A stretch of DNA of 64,000 nucleotides. Source: a bacterium (GTDB taxonomy: Bacteria > JADJOY01). Both the position numbers and the translations under genes were made by a program. The stretch spans positions 117,425-181,424 of the forward strand of contig JAXLQJ010000011.1 of NCBI GenBank assembly GCA_046331705.1. The letters are read 5' to 3'. The notes under the pieces are model-generated. The model did no database searches and was not told the DNA's origin. It worked only from the letters and a program-made list of their open reading frames with translations. Shown here piece after piece: positions 24,524 through 37,059 of the stretch; position 1 is the stretch's first letter, and each line of letters starts with the position of its first letter.

Positions 24524-26560
24524 TCACAGAATCGGCGCGCCGTCCATGGTGGCGGGCACCGCCACGCCCAGCAGCTTGAGCGCGGTCGGGCCGATGTCCA
24601 CGATGCCGGGTGCCTTCGCTTGGATGGCACGATTCGCGAACACGATGCCCTTGGTGTCGGCGGGGTCGGAGGACGAGTGGTCGCCGCTCCACTTCTTCTG
24701 GTTGGCGACCACGACCTCGGAGGTCATGCCGCCCAGGATCGACTTCCAGTCGGTGCGATAGCCGTCGACGAACGCCACCTGGAGGTCGGGGGCGTTGGCG
24801 GCGGCGCCGCCGCTGAACGACCGATCGCCGCGGTACACGCCCTCAACGGGCCGCGCCTTCGTGACCGGATCGACCAGCGCCTCGAGCTTGGTCGAGATTT
24901 CCTCCACGAGCTTGTCGTAATCCGCGCCCTTGGGGACGATCCCGCTCTTCTCGCGTCCCGCGACGTTCACGTAGATCTGTCCGGTGCCGAACGCGTACGC
25001 CTTGGTCTTGGACCAGTCGACCTCGAGCAAGAAATCGCTCGTGGGCATGTCCGCGGGCTTCACCGCGTCGCCGCAGCCCTTGCCCTTGAGCGACATGAAG
25101 CAGCTCTGCACCAGCCAGGTGTTCAGGTTCACACCGCGCCGGAACGAGTGGAAGCCATGGTCGGACACGACGACGAGCGTGTCCTCGGGCTTGAGCACCG
25201 CGGACACCTTGCCGACGAACGCATCCATGCGGCGGTAGGCATCGCGGATCGCGTTGCCGTAGCGCTTGGCGAGCGCGGCGTCGTATTCGGGGTGAGTGGT
25301 GTCGAGGAAGCGGTAGTACAGGTGCGAGATGCGATCCGTCGCGGTGAACGCCGAGATCACCAGGTCGAAGGGTTGGGCGAGCGCGTCGAGCGTCTTCTGC
25401 TCGCGCTCCTCGACGATCGAGTAGACGTCCTGAAGGAACGTCTCCTCGTCCACGCCGTAGTTGTCGGCGTTGAGCGCCGAGGTGTCCTCGACCCAGCCGA
25501 CGGTCTTGAAGAGCCCTCGCTTGGCCAGCTCCGCCCCGTAGGATTTGGGCGAGGTGAGCGCGATGGGAGGATCGCGTGGATCCATGCTGACCGGCGCCAC
25601 GTAGATGCGCGTCTCGGGCTGGACGGCGAGCACGCGCGCGCGCGTGACGCCGCGCTCGACGAACGCATCGCCGAACGCGAACGCGACGTCGTACCAGTCG
25701 GTCCATTCGCCGACGCCCGCTTCGCGGGTCTGGCTTCCGATCGTGAGCTTGACCTTCTTGCCGTCGGCGCTGCGCTCGACGCGCACCGGCACCTTGAGGC
25801 GCGGGCGCGGCTTGGCCGTCGATCGCGCATCGACCGGGCCCTCGAGCATCGACTCCGCGATGCTGTCCTTGAACTCCAGCCGGAACGGGACGCCGCCCGA
25901 GATCGGCTTGCCCGAGTCCGCCACCTTCACGTCGGAGCCGTAGTACGCGTAGCTCGAGTTCGTCATGCGCAGGTCGGGCACGCCGAGGCCGGAGAGCATG
26001 CGACCGTCGCTGCCCAGGTCGTCGGGCGGGAACGTGTACGGCACGGAGAGCACCGCCACCTTGCGCCCGGCGTCCGCGGCGAGCTTCCAGAAGGGCACGC
26101 CCTGGCGGGGATTGGTGGCACGCGGCGGCGTCGCGAGCTTGCCGTCGGGGGTGAACGTGGGGTCGATGTAGTCGTTGGTGCCGACGCCCGGCAGGTAGCT
26201 CGCCGGATCCCGCTTGATGAAATCGTAGATGCCGTGCTTACCGGGGTTGGTCCCGGTGGCGAAGCTCGCCCACGCGACCGGCGACTGAGGCGGCAGCGTC
26301 GAGCCGAGTGGCGCGAACGAGCCGCTCTTCGCGAGGCGCTGAAGGTTCGGGAAGTCCCCGTCCTTCGCCCAGCGCTCGTAGAGGTCCGGGTCGACGCCGT
26401 CGAAACCGAGGACGACGACCCGGCCGGCCTTCGGCTTCTCGGCGTGGGCCTTCGGCAGCGCGACGACGCCCGCGGCGAGGAGCGTGAGAGCCACCGTCGC
26501 CAAGGCGGCGCGGCGACCGGAGCGAGTGCGGGAGCGGAGCGGGGCGGGCGTCTGCCTCAT
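24524..26560 (-). CDS. Exported type I phosphodiesterase/nucleotide pyrophosphatase-family (AlkP superfamily) protein
   Basis: The ATG at 26560 gives 'RSRTRSGRRAALATVALTLLAAGVVALPKAHA' (signal peptide, possibly Tat-type RR). 'VVVLGFDGVDPD', 'PPQSPVAWASFATGTNPGKHG', 'VVVSDHGF' and 'WSGDHS'. Confidence 0.85.
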   Translation of the reverse strand: MRQTPAPLRSRTRSGRRAALATVALTLLAAGVVALPKAHAEKPKAGRVVVLGFDGVDPDLYERWAKDGDFPNLQRLAKSGSFAPLGSTLPPQSPVAWASFATGTNPGKHGIYDFIKRDPASYLPGVGTNDYIDPTFTPDGKLATPPRATNPRQGVPFWKLAADAGRKVAVLSVPYTFPPDDLGSDGRMLSGLGVPDLRMTNSSYAYYGSDVKVADSGKPISGGVPFRLEFKDSIAESMLEGPVDARSTAKPRPRLKVPVRVERSADGKKVKLTIGSQTREAGVGEWTDWYDVAFAFGDAFVERGVTRARVLAVQPETRIYVAPVSMDPRDPPIALTSPKSYGAELAKRGLFKTVGWVEDTSALNADNYGVDEETFLQDVYSIVEEREQKTLDALAQPFDLVISAFTATDRISHLYYRFLDTTHPEYDAALAKRYGNAIRDAYRRMDAFVGKVSAVLKPEDTLVVVSDHGFHSFRRGVNLNTWLVQSCFMSLKGKGCGDAVKPADMPTSDFLLEVDWSKTKAYAFGTGQIYVNVAGREKSGIVPKGADYDKLVEEISTKLEALVDPVTKARPVEGVYRGDRSFSGGAAANAPDLQVAFVDGYRTDWKSILGGMTSEVVVANQKKWSGDHSSSDPADTKGIVFANRAIQAKAPGIVDIGPTALKLLGVAVPATMDGAPIL

Positions 26561-26833
26561 GGGGGCGGCTCTCGGCGCCGAGCGACTGCCATTCCGAGCG
26601 GCGCCCACCCGGAAACGGCGCGCCGGCCGTTCTCGTCGCAGTGTCGACGGATTGGTTCGAAGGGTTGCAGAAGGCGTGCAGAACGAAGGCGCGCGAGCCT
26701 ACCACGGTGCCTCGGCGTGTCAACGCGGCGAACGCCGTGCGCGAGGCCGCGTTCACACGCTCGAACCTGCCCGGAAAAAGCGCTTTTCGACTTTACAACC
26801 CGATCGCGGGCGGGCGATCCTCTTGAGCGATTC

Positions 26834-26856
26834 GTGCGCGCGATCCACGCGCGCAC
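26834..26856 (+). promoter_or_regulatory. Perfect 9-bp stem / 5-nt loop hairpin in the leader of the NarL-type regulator gene
   Basis: GTGCGCGCG-ATCCA-CGCGCGCAC, ending 24 nt before the ATG at 26880. A 12-nt AT-rich palindrome AAAAGCGCTTTT lies at 26776-26787. Confidence 0.3.
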
Positions 26857-26879
26857 TTCGGACGAGGTGCACGCACACC

Positions 26880-27581
26880 ATGGCCACCGCAGCCCGCACA
26901 GCCGAATCGAGCCGCGCCGCCAAGGCGCCTCAAGCGATCCGCGTGTTCCTCGCGGACTCACAAGATCTGCTGCGGGAGGGTGTGAAGCGCATCCTCGCCC
27001 AGCGCGGCGGCTTCGACGTCGTCGGCGAGGCCGGCGACGGCCAGACGGCGTTGGCGCAGGTCCTCAAGACCAAGCCCGACGTGGTCTTGATCGACGTGAT
27101 GATGCCGGTCCTGAACGGAGTGGACGCGGCGCGGGAGATCCTGCGCGAGCTGCCCGAGACCAAGGTCGTTGCGCTCAGCATCTACGCGAGCGAGGAGTAC
27201 ATCCACCAGATTCTCGACGCGGGCGCGATCGGCTACGTCCTCAAGGACACCAAGTCGGAGGACCTGGTGCGCGCGCTCGAGCTGGTGAGCGAGGGGATCC
27301 CGTTCTTCTCGCCGGCCATCAGCAAGGCCGTGGTCGCCGGGTACCTCAAGCGTCGCGGCGATTCCAAGAAGCCGAGCCCCTACGATCAGCTCACCCCACG
27401 TGAGCGTCAGGTGCTCCAGCTCATCGCCGAGGGGCGCCGCAATCGCGAGATCTCGAGCCTGCTGCACCTCTCGATCAAGACCGTCGAGGTCCACCGCGCC
27501 CACATCATGGACAAGCTCAAGGCGCGTAGCATCGCGGACTTGGTGTTGATCGCCATCGGCAAGGGCATCGTCAAGCTCTGA
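26880..27581 (+). CDS. NarL/FixJ (LuxR-type HTH) response regulator
   Basis: REC: 'RVFLADSQ', 'DVVLIDVMMP', 'VVALS', 'GYVLKD'. HTH: 'LTPRERQVLQLIAEGRRNREISSLLHLSIKTVEVHRAHIMDKL'. No kinase gene is adjacent. Confidence 0.9.
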   Translation: MATAARTAESSRAAKAPQAIRVFLADSQDLLREGVKRILAQRGGFDVVGEAGDGQTALAQVLKTKPDVVLIDVMMPVLNGVDAAREILRELPETKVVALSIYASEEYIHQILDAGAIGYVLKDTKSEDLVRALELVSEGIPFFSPAISKAVVAGYLKRRGDSKKPSPYDQLTPRERQVLQLIAEGRRNREISSLLHLSIKTVEVHRAHIMDKLKARSIADLVLIAIGKGIVKL

Positions 27582-27593
27582 TTCGCCACCGCC

Positions 27594-27620
27594 GTGGCCG
27601 CTGCGGCGCGGCGCGGCCGC
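27594..27620. terminator. GC-rich stem-loop between the convergent regulator and dapB genes
   Basis: GTGGCCGC (27594-27601) pairs with GCGGCCGC (27613-27620), giving 8 bp including one G.U, with an 11-nt loop. There is no clear U-tract. Confidence 0.25.
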
Positions 27621-27639
27621 CGCACGCGGCGTGCCGGCC

Positions 27640-28470
27640 TCAGCGGCGCGCCAGGCCGAGCACGTCCGACATGTCGTAGAGGCCCGGCGGCTGGTTCCAG
27701 AGCCAGCGGGCCGCGCGAACCGCGCCCCTCGCGAACACCGCGCGGTCGGTGGCGCGGTGCACGATCTCGATCGCTTCGCCGATCCCGCCGTAGAGCACGT
27801 GGTGCTCGCCGACGTTGTCGCCGGCGCGCACCGCGTGCATGCCGATCTCCCGGCGCGTGCGTTCGCCCACCATGCCGTTTCGCCCGTGGACCGCGTCGGC
27901 CCGTGGATCGCGTCCGAGCGCCGCGGCGATCACGTCGAGGAGCTTCACCGCGGTGCCGCTCGGCGAGTCCTTCTTGAGCCGGTGGTGGGTCTCGATGATC
28001 TCCACGTCGTAGTCGTCGCCGAGCACGCGCGCCGCCTCGGCGGCGAGGGCGAACACGAGATTGACCCCCACGCTCATGTTGGGCGAGAGCACGATCGGTA
28101 GCTCGCGCGCGGCTTCCGTGATGCGCGCGCGCTGATCGGGCTCCAGACCGGTCGTGCCGATGACCATCGGTGCGCCGCGTCGGGTGCACGTCTCGACGTG
28201 GGCGAGCGTGGCCGCGGGCGCCGTGAAGTCGATCACCACCGCCCGGCCCGAGAGCAACGGCTCGATCTCCGCGCTGATCTGGATGCCGCCGTTCGAGGAG
28301 CCGGCAGCGAGCGCGGCGTCGGTGCCGACGGCGGGGTGCCCGCGGCGCTCGGTGGCACCCGCGAGGGAGGTGTCGGGATCCTCGGCGATCGCGCGCACCA
28401 GCGCGCGCCCCATGCGCCCGGCTGCCCCGGTGACGATCACCGGCACGATGGAGCGGCCGGCACTCGTCAT
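27640..28470 (-). CDS. dapB: 4-hydroxy-tetrahydrodipicolinate reductase
   Basis: The ATG at 28470 overlaps the dapA stop (ATGA). 'VIVTGAAGRMGR', 'VVIDFT', 'MVIGTTG', 'SPNMSVGVN', 'EIIETHHRLKKDSPSGTA'. Confidence 0.92.
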   Translation of the reverse strand: MTSAGRSIVPVIVTGAAGRMGRALVRAIAEDPDTSLAGATERRGHPAVGTDAALAAGSSNGGIQISAEIEPLLSGRAVVIDFTAPAATLAHVETCTRRGAPMVIGTTGLEPDQRARITEAARELPIVLSPNMSVGVNLVFALAAEAARVLGDDYDVEIIETHHRLKKDSPSGTAVKLLDVIAAALGRDPRADAVHGRNGMVGERTRREIGMHAVRAGDNVGEHHVLYGGIGEAIEIVHRATDRAVFARGAVRAARWLWNQPPGLYDMSDVLGLARR

Positions 28471-29345
28471 CGGACGAGCCCCGCCGCGGCGAGCGCCTGC
28501 ACCAGCTTGTCGCGGTTCGCGCTGCTCATCGGCGCCAGCGGCAAGCGCACTTCCTCGCTGGGGATCCAGCCCATGAGCGCGAGCGCCGTCTTCACGGGCA
28601 CCGGGTTGGTCTCGACGAATAGCGCCCGCAGCACCGGCGCGATGCGGTAGTGAACCTCGCGCGCTCGCTTCAGATCCCCCGCGAGCGCCGCATCCGATAC
28701 GTCGGTCATCTCGCGCGGCAGCACGTTGGCGGCGGCGCTGATCACGCCGCGGCCGCCGATGGCGATGATCGGCAGCGTCAGGTTGTCGTCGCCGGCGAGC
28801 ACGTCGAAGCCCGGACCGCAGCGCTCGATCACCTCGGAGACCTGTCCCAGGCTTCCCGACGCTTCCTTGACGCCGACGATGCCCGGGACCCGGCTCAGCC
28901 GTTCCATGGTGGTGGGCTCGATGTTGATCGCGGTGCGGCCCTGGATGTTGTAGACGACGATCGGCAGCTCGACCGCCTTCGCCACCGCCTCGAAATGGCG
29001 GAAGATCCCTTCTTGCGTGGGCTTGTTGTAGTAGGGCGTGATCATGAGCGCGCCATCGGCGCCGGCTTCCTTCGCGTGCCGAGTGAGCCGGATCGCCTCC
29101 GCGGTGCTGTTGGACCCGGTGCCCGCGAGCACGGGCACGCGCTTGCGGACGGCCTCGATGGTGATCGAGACGACGCGTGCGTGCTCCTCGTGAGTCAGCG
29201 TCGCCGACTCGCCGGTCGTGCCGCACGGCACGAAGCCCTGGGCGCCGGCATCGATCAGCCGCTCGACCAGCGCGACGAGCGCTTTCTCGTCCACCGAGCC
29301 GTTTCGAAACGGTGTGACGATCGCGACGAAATTGCCTTGGAACAT
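28467..29345 (-). CDS. dapA: 4-hydroxy-tetrahydrodipicolinate synthase
   Basis: 'VAIVTPF', 'VPCGTTGESATLT', 'VLAGTGSNST', 'ITPYYNKPTQEG', 'PIVVYNI' and 'VGVKEASG' (catalytic Lys region). Confidence 0.95.
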   Translation of the reverse strand: MFQGNFVAIVTPFRNGSVDEKALVALVERLIDAGAQGFVPCGTTGESATLTHEEHARVVSITIEAVRKRVPVLAGTGSNSTAEAIRLTRHAKEAGADGALMITPYYNKPTQEGIFRHFEAVAKAVELPIVVYNIQGRTAINIEPTTMERLSRVPGIVGVKEASGSLGQVSEVIERCGPGFDVLAGDDNLTLPIIAIGGRGVISAAANVLPREMTDVSDAALAGDLKRAREVHYRIAPVLRALFVETNPVPVKTALALMGWIPSEEVRLPLAPMSSANRDKLVQALAAAGLVR

Positions 29346-29382
29346 CGCTTCCCCCTGACGGGCCGGGCGCGCGGACGCGCGC

Positions 29383-30210
29383 TCAGGGCACGTCGATCTC
29401 GCCCCGGAACACCTCGGCGCCCGGGCCGGTCATGAACACCGAGCCCGCGCCGCCGTCCCACTCGATCTCGAGATCGCCGCCCGGCAAGCTCACGGTGAGC
29501 GGCGAACGCGCGTGGCCGAGCCGGATCGACACCGCGCCCACCGCGCAGGCGCCGGAGCCGCACGCGAGCGTCTCCCCGGCACCGCGCTCCCAGACCCGCA
29601 TCCGAACGTGGTGCGGATCGACCCGTTCCACGAACTCGACGTTGGTGCGCTTCGGGAAGAACGCGTGCCGCTCGATCTTGGGACCCAGCTCGTGGACGGG
29701 TGCCGTGGCGACCGACGGCACGAACTGCACCGAATGCGGGTTCCCCATCGAGACGCACGTCATCTCGACCGCGTGCCCGTCCACGGTCAGCGACCGGCGG
29801 ACCACCTCGCCGTCGGCGTCGACGGGAATCGCGCGGCCGTCCCAGATGGGCGGCCCCATGTCCACGCGCACCCGATCGCCGGCGAACGCGGGCGTCACGA
29901 TGCCCGCCAGCGTCTCGACTCGCAGCGCGGGCCCCGGCGCGCGACCGCGTGACTTGAGATAGAGCGCAAGGCAACGGATGCCGTTGCCGCACATCTCCAC
30001 CTCGGAGCCGTCCTGGTTGTAGATGAGCATCCTGGCGTCGGCGAGCTGCGAGGGAGCAGCGACCAGGATCTGGTCGCAACCGATGCCGAAGCGTCGGTCG
30101 CCGATGCGGCGAGCCAGGTCGGGAGTGATGCGGACGTCGTGCTCGAAAGCGTCGAGGACGACGAAATCGTTCCCGAGCCCGTGCATCTTGACGAACGGTA
30201 GCGTGGCCAT
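29383..30210 (-). CDS. dapF: Diaminopimelate epimerase
   Basis: 'FVKMHGLGNDFVV', 'NQDGSEVEMCGNGIRC', 'SMGNPH' and 'ERGAGETLACGSGACA' (both catalytic Cys present). Confidence 0.95.
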   Translation of the reverse strand: MATLPFVKMHGLGNDFVVLDAFEHDVRITPDLARRIGDRRFGIGCDQILVAAPSQLADARMLIYNQDGSEVEMCGNGIRCLALYLKSRGRAPGPALRVETLAGIVTPAFAGDRVRVDMGPPIWDGRAIPVDADGEVVRRSLTVDGHAVEMTCVSMGNPHSVQFVPSVATAPVHELGPKIERHAFFPKRTNVEFVERVDPHHVRMRVWERGAGETLACGSGACAVGAVSIRLGHARSPLTVSLPGGDLEIEWDGGAGSVFMTGPGAEVFRGEIDVP

Positions 30211-30231
30211 CGTGCGCTCCGGCGTGCGCGC

Positions 30232-31476
30232 TCAGACGACTTCGCCGCGCACGAGATCGTCGAAGGTCTCGCGGGTGCGCACCACGCGCCAGGAGGTTCC
30301 GTCGACCAAGACCTCGGGCGGGCGCGGGCGCGAGTTGTAGTTGGACGACATCACGAAGCCGTATGCCCCGGCGCTCATCACGGCCAGCAGCTCGCCGCGA
30401 TCCACCTCGGGCACGGGCCGGTCCTTGGCCAGGAAGTCGCCGCTCTCGCAGATCGGGCCGACGACGTCCGCGACGCGTGCGTTGGTGTCGTGCCGCTGAT
30501 TGACCGCGTGGATCTCCTGGTAGGCGCCGTAGAGCGACGGCCGGATCAAGTCGTTCATGCCGGCGTCGACGATCACGAAGCGCTTGGCCTCGGTCTCCTT
30601 GCGGAAGAGCACGCGGGTCAAGAGCACGCCTGCGTTTCCGACCAGCGAGCGGCCCGGCTCGAGGAGCAGCTCGAGGCCCAGATGGCCCACGACGCTCAGC
30701 ACCTCGCGCGCATAGTCGGCGGGCGAGGGCGGCACCTCGTTCTTGTAGGTGATGCCGAGGCCGCCGCCCAGGTCCAGATGGCGGATCGCGTGGCCGTCGG
30801 CGCGCAGCTGGCCCACCAGCTCGGCGACCTTGTGGAACGCATCCCGAAACGGCGACGTGCTGGTCAGCTGCGAGCCGATGTGAGCATCGAGGCCGACCAC
30901 CTCGACGCCAGGCAGCGCGCCGGCGCGGGCGTACACGTCTCTCGCCCGCGCGATGGCGATCCCGAACTTGCTGCTCTTGAGCCCGGTCGAGATGTACGGG
31001 TGCGTCTGCGGGTCCACGTCCGGGTTCACGCGCACGGCGATCGGCGCGCGCGTGCCCTTGGTGACGGCGATCTCGCTCAGTCGCTCGAGCTCTTCCTCGC
31101 TCTCGACGTTGAACATCAGGATCTTCGCGTCGAGCGCTTGCGCGATCTCGGCGTCGGTCTTGCCGACGCCCGCGAAGACCACGTCGCTCGCGCGGCCGCC
31201 GGCGCGCAGCACCCGCTCCAGCTCCCCGCCGGAGACCACGTCGAACGCGCTACCGAGGGATCGGAAGAGCCCCAGCACCGCGAGATTCGAGTTGGCCTTC
31301 ACCGAGTAGCAGATGCGGTGCGGCACGCCCGCGAAGGCGCTCGTCCACGCGCGAAACGCGTTGCCCAGCGCTGCGGAGCTGTAGACGTAAGCCGGAGTGC
31401 CGACTTCCGTGGCGATTCGTTCCAGCTCCACGCCCTCGGCGTGGAGCGCACCGTTCGTGAAAGGAAAGCAGTCCAT
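30232..31476 (-). CDS. lysA: Diaminopimelate decarboxylase
   Basis: 'GTPAYVYS', 'YSVKANSN' (PLP Lys), 'LDLGGGLGI', 'LEPGRSLV', 'VVGPICESGDF' and 'SAGAYG'. The ATG at 31476 ('MDCFPFTNGALHAEG') fits the family N-terminus better than 31566. Confidence 0.93.
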   Translation of the reverse strand: MDCFPFTNGALHAEGVELERIATEVGTPAYVYSSAALGNAFRAWTSAFAGVPHRICYSVKANSNLAVLGLFRSLGSAFDVVSGGELERVLRAGGRASDVVFAGVGKTDAEIAQALDAKILMFNVESEEELERLSEIAVTKGTRAPIAVRVNPDVDPQTHPYISTGLKSSKFGIAIARARDVYARAGALPGVEVVGLDAHIGSQLTSTSPFRDAFHKVAELVGQLRADGHAIRHLDLGGGLGITYKNEVPPSPADYAREVLSVVGHLGLELLLEPGRSLVGNAGVLLTRVLFRKETEAKRFVIVDAGMNDLIRPSLYGAYQEIHAVNQRHDTNARVADVVGPICESGDFLAKDRPVPEVDRGELLAVMSAGAYGFVMSSNYNSRPRPPEVLVDGTSWRVVRTRETFDDLVRGEVV

Positions 31477-31602
31477 GAGCGCTCGATCGTCGTGTGAGCC
31501 ATTCGTGCGCGGCGCGCCCTGCGCCGAAGCGACGCGCAGTGTGTTGATGGCCCGAGGGGAAGTCAACCGAAAATACGCGAAAACCTGCGACGCTCGCGCG
31601 CG

Positions 31603-32445
31603 TCACCGGTCGTAGACCAGGCGCCGCGCGAACCGCAGAAAGAGCTGCTGAAAGGGCGTCCACGGCATGGGCTTGCCGAGCCGGCTCGGGTCGGGGCGCA
31701 GGCTCGCCGCGACCGAGGACTTGGTCTCTTCGTTGCCGTTGATGTCGTGGGACGCGTGGATCTCGCCTACGAAGGGATCGACGTAGGGCACTCCCAGCCA
31801 CTGCGAGAGCTCGCGGACGGTCTCCTCGGGGCGCTCCACCAGGTCCTCGTAGCGGACCTTGCGATAGTGCCGCGCGCGCCCGAAGAGCCCGCGCGCCAGC
31901 AGGTTGGTGCGCAAGTACTTGGTGACGATCGCATCCAGAAACCCGCGTCCCTTGCGCCTCATCCGGGAGGCCACGTGTCCTTCCGGCGAGCGCACCAGGT
32001 GCAGCACGTAGATCTCGTCGGGGTAGACGCGCGTCAGCGGCAAGAGCCGCCACACCGATTTCGAGTTGTCGAGCACGACCGAGGCGCCGGTGACGTGCGC
32101 GATCGCTTCGAAGAGCTCGCGGTTCGCCTCGGGAAAGGGGTTCTTGCCGCGGATGCTCGCCACCCCGCTGAGCGCGCGCATCCACTCCAGGGCGCGCTCG
32201 GACGAGAGGCGGGACATCGGCACCAGGTCGAGCTGGGTGGTCCGCGCGATGCGCCAGAAGACCGCGCTCCACACCGGGCATTCGAGCGCGTGCACGCCGC
32301 AGCTGCAGCGGCGGCCGGTCGGGTGCCAGTAGCGGTCGAGGTACTGAAGCTCGCCGGCAGAGAAGATCGCGGGATTCTGGTTGAGGATCCGCGTCAGCAG
32401 CGTCGAGCCGGTGTGCGTGCACGCGACGACGTAGGCAACCTTCAT
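31603..32445 (-). CDS. Sulfotransferase-family protein
   Basis: The ATG at 32445 gives 'MKVAYVVACTHTGSTLLTRIL' (PAPS 5'-phosphosulfate-binding-loop-like). 'YVLHLVRSPEGHVAS' and 'RYEDLVERPEETVRELSQWLGV'. Confidence 0.7.
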   Translation of the reverse strand: MKVAYVVACTHTGSTLLTRILNQNPAIFSAGELQYLDRYWHPTGRRCSCGVHALECPVWSAVFWRIARTTQLDLVPMSRLSSERALEWMRALSGVASIRGKNPFPEANRELFEAIAHVTGASVVLDNSKSVWRLLPLTRVYPDEIYVLHLVRSPEGHVASRMRRKGRGFLDAIVTKYLRTNLLARGLFGRARHYRKVRYEDLVERPEETVRELSQWLGVPYVDPFVGEIHASHDINGNEETKSSVAASLRPDPSRLGKPMPWTPFQQLFLRFARRLVYDR

Positions 32446-32767
32446 GGCGCTCCCGCTGCTCGCATCGCTACCTCCACGCGCCTCGGATGACCTTCGTTTC
32501 CGTCCCAGGCGTCGACCCGTGGGACGTTGGTCGTCTCGCGGCCACGGCCGCACGCTGCGCCAGGGGTGTGTCCCACCTCGGGCTCTGGGCGCGAGCCCGC
32601 CGCGTCTGGCTGGGCATGGTTCTCTACGTCACCTCGGCGACGCTGGCTACGTTCCGGATCGGACGGTTCGCACCGGTGGGTGGACGCGCGTCGAGCATGG
32701 AACGCTCGATTGCACGCTCGGGGCTGCCGTATCGATACTGACGTGAACCAGCGAGTCTCGGAGGGGA

Positions 32768-33220
32768 ATGGGCATGGCGACTGGAACGGTGCGACTTCAT
32801 CGCGTGCTGCGGGCGCCGCCCGAGCGAGTCTACCGCGCGTTCTTGAACCCGGACGCGATGGCGAAGTGGCTCCCGCCGAACGGCTTCACGGGCAGCGTCC
32901 AGCATCTGGACCCGAAGGTGGGCGGGACCTTCCGGATGTCGTTCACCAACTTCACCACCGGAAACGCCCACTCGTTCGGTGGCGAGTATCTCGAGCTCGT
33001 CCCCAACGAGAAGCTGCGCTACACGGACAAGTTCGACGATCCGAACCTGCCGGGAGTCATGACCACCACGGTCGCGCTGAAGGCGGTGTCTTGCGGAACG
33101 GAGCTCAGCGTGGTGCAGGAAGGCATCCCCGAGATGATCCCCGTCGAGATGTGCTACCTCGGCTGGCAGGAATCGCTGGTGCTGCTCGCGAAGCTCGTCG
33201 AGGCCGAGATCCGCGAATGA
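32768..33220 (+). CDS. SRPBCC-superfamily protein (AHSA1/Aha1-like START fold)
   Basis: 'RVLRAPPERVYRAFLNPDAMAKWLPP', 'GGTFRMSF' and 'GEYLELVPNEKLRYT'. GGAGG lies just upstream of the ATG at 32768. Confidence 0.75.
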   Translation: MGMATGTVRLHRVLRAPPERVYRAFLNPDAMAKWLPPNGFTGSVQHLDPKVGGTFRMSFTNFTTGNAHSFGGEYLELVPNEKLRYTDKFDDPNLPGVMTTTVALKAVSCGTELSVVQEGIPEMIPVEMCYLGWQESLVLLAKLVEAEIRE

Positions 33221-33254
33221 CCGCCGAGGTTCGCCGCGCCTCGTGACGCCCGCC

Positions 33255-36959
<3,705 letters not shown>

Positions 36960-37020
36960 CGTGCCGGTTCCGTTCCGTGGATGCGCGTCGCGCCGGGTCG
37001 GCGACGCAGCCGATCCGAAG

Positions 37021-37059
37021 AGAATACCGGAAATCGCGACCCCCGAGGTCGGGGCCGCG
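37021..37059 (-). terminator. Candidate intrinsic terminator after the FN3 lipoprotein gene
   Basis: The minus strand immediately after the TAG reads CGCGGCCCC-GACCTCG-GGGGTCGCG (9-bp stem including one G.U, 7-nt loop), followed by ATTTCCGGTATTCT. Confidence 0.45.

Noticed and set aside
31603-32445. A functional link between the sulfotransferase gene and the 'sulfatase' domain protein at 21-24 kb.
   Set aside because: The sulfatase-fold domain lacks the C/S-x-P-x-R signature, so it is probably not a sulfatase. The genes are 7 kb apart and separated by the dap/lys operon and a regulator. There is no sequence evidence for a connection.
33221-33254. A short CGAGG...CCTCG stem between the convergent SRPBCC and metH genes, considered as a terminator.
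   Set aside because: The stem is only 5 bp with a 9-nt loop and no U-tract, which is indistinguishable from chance in this GC background.
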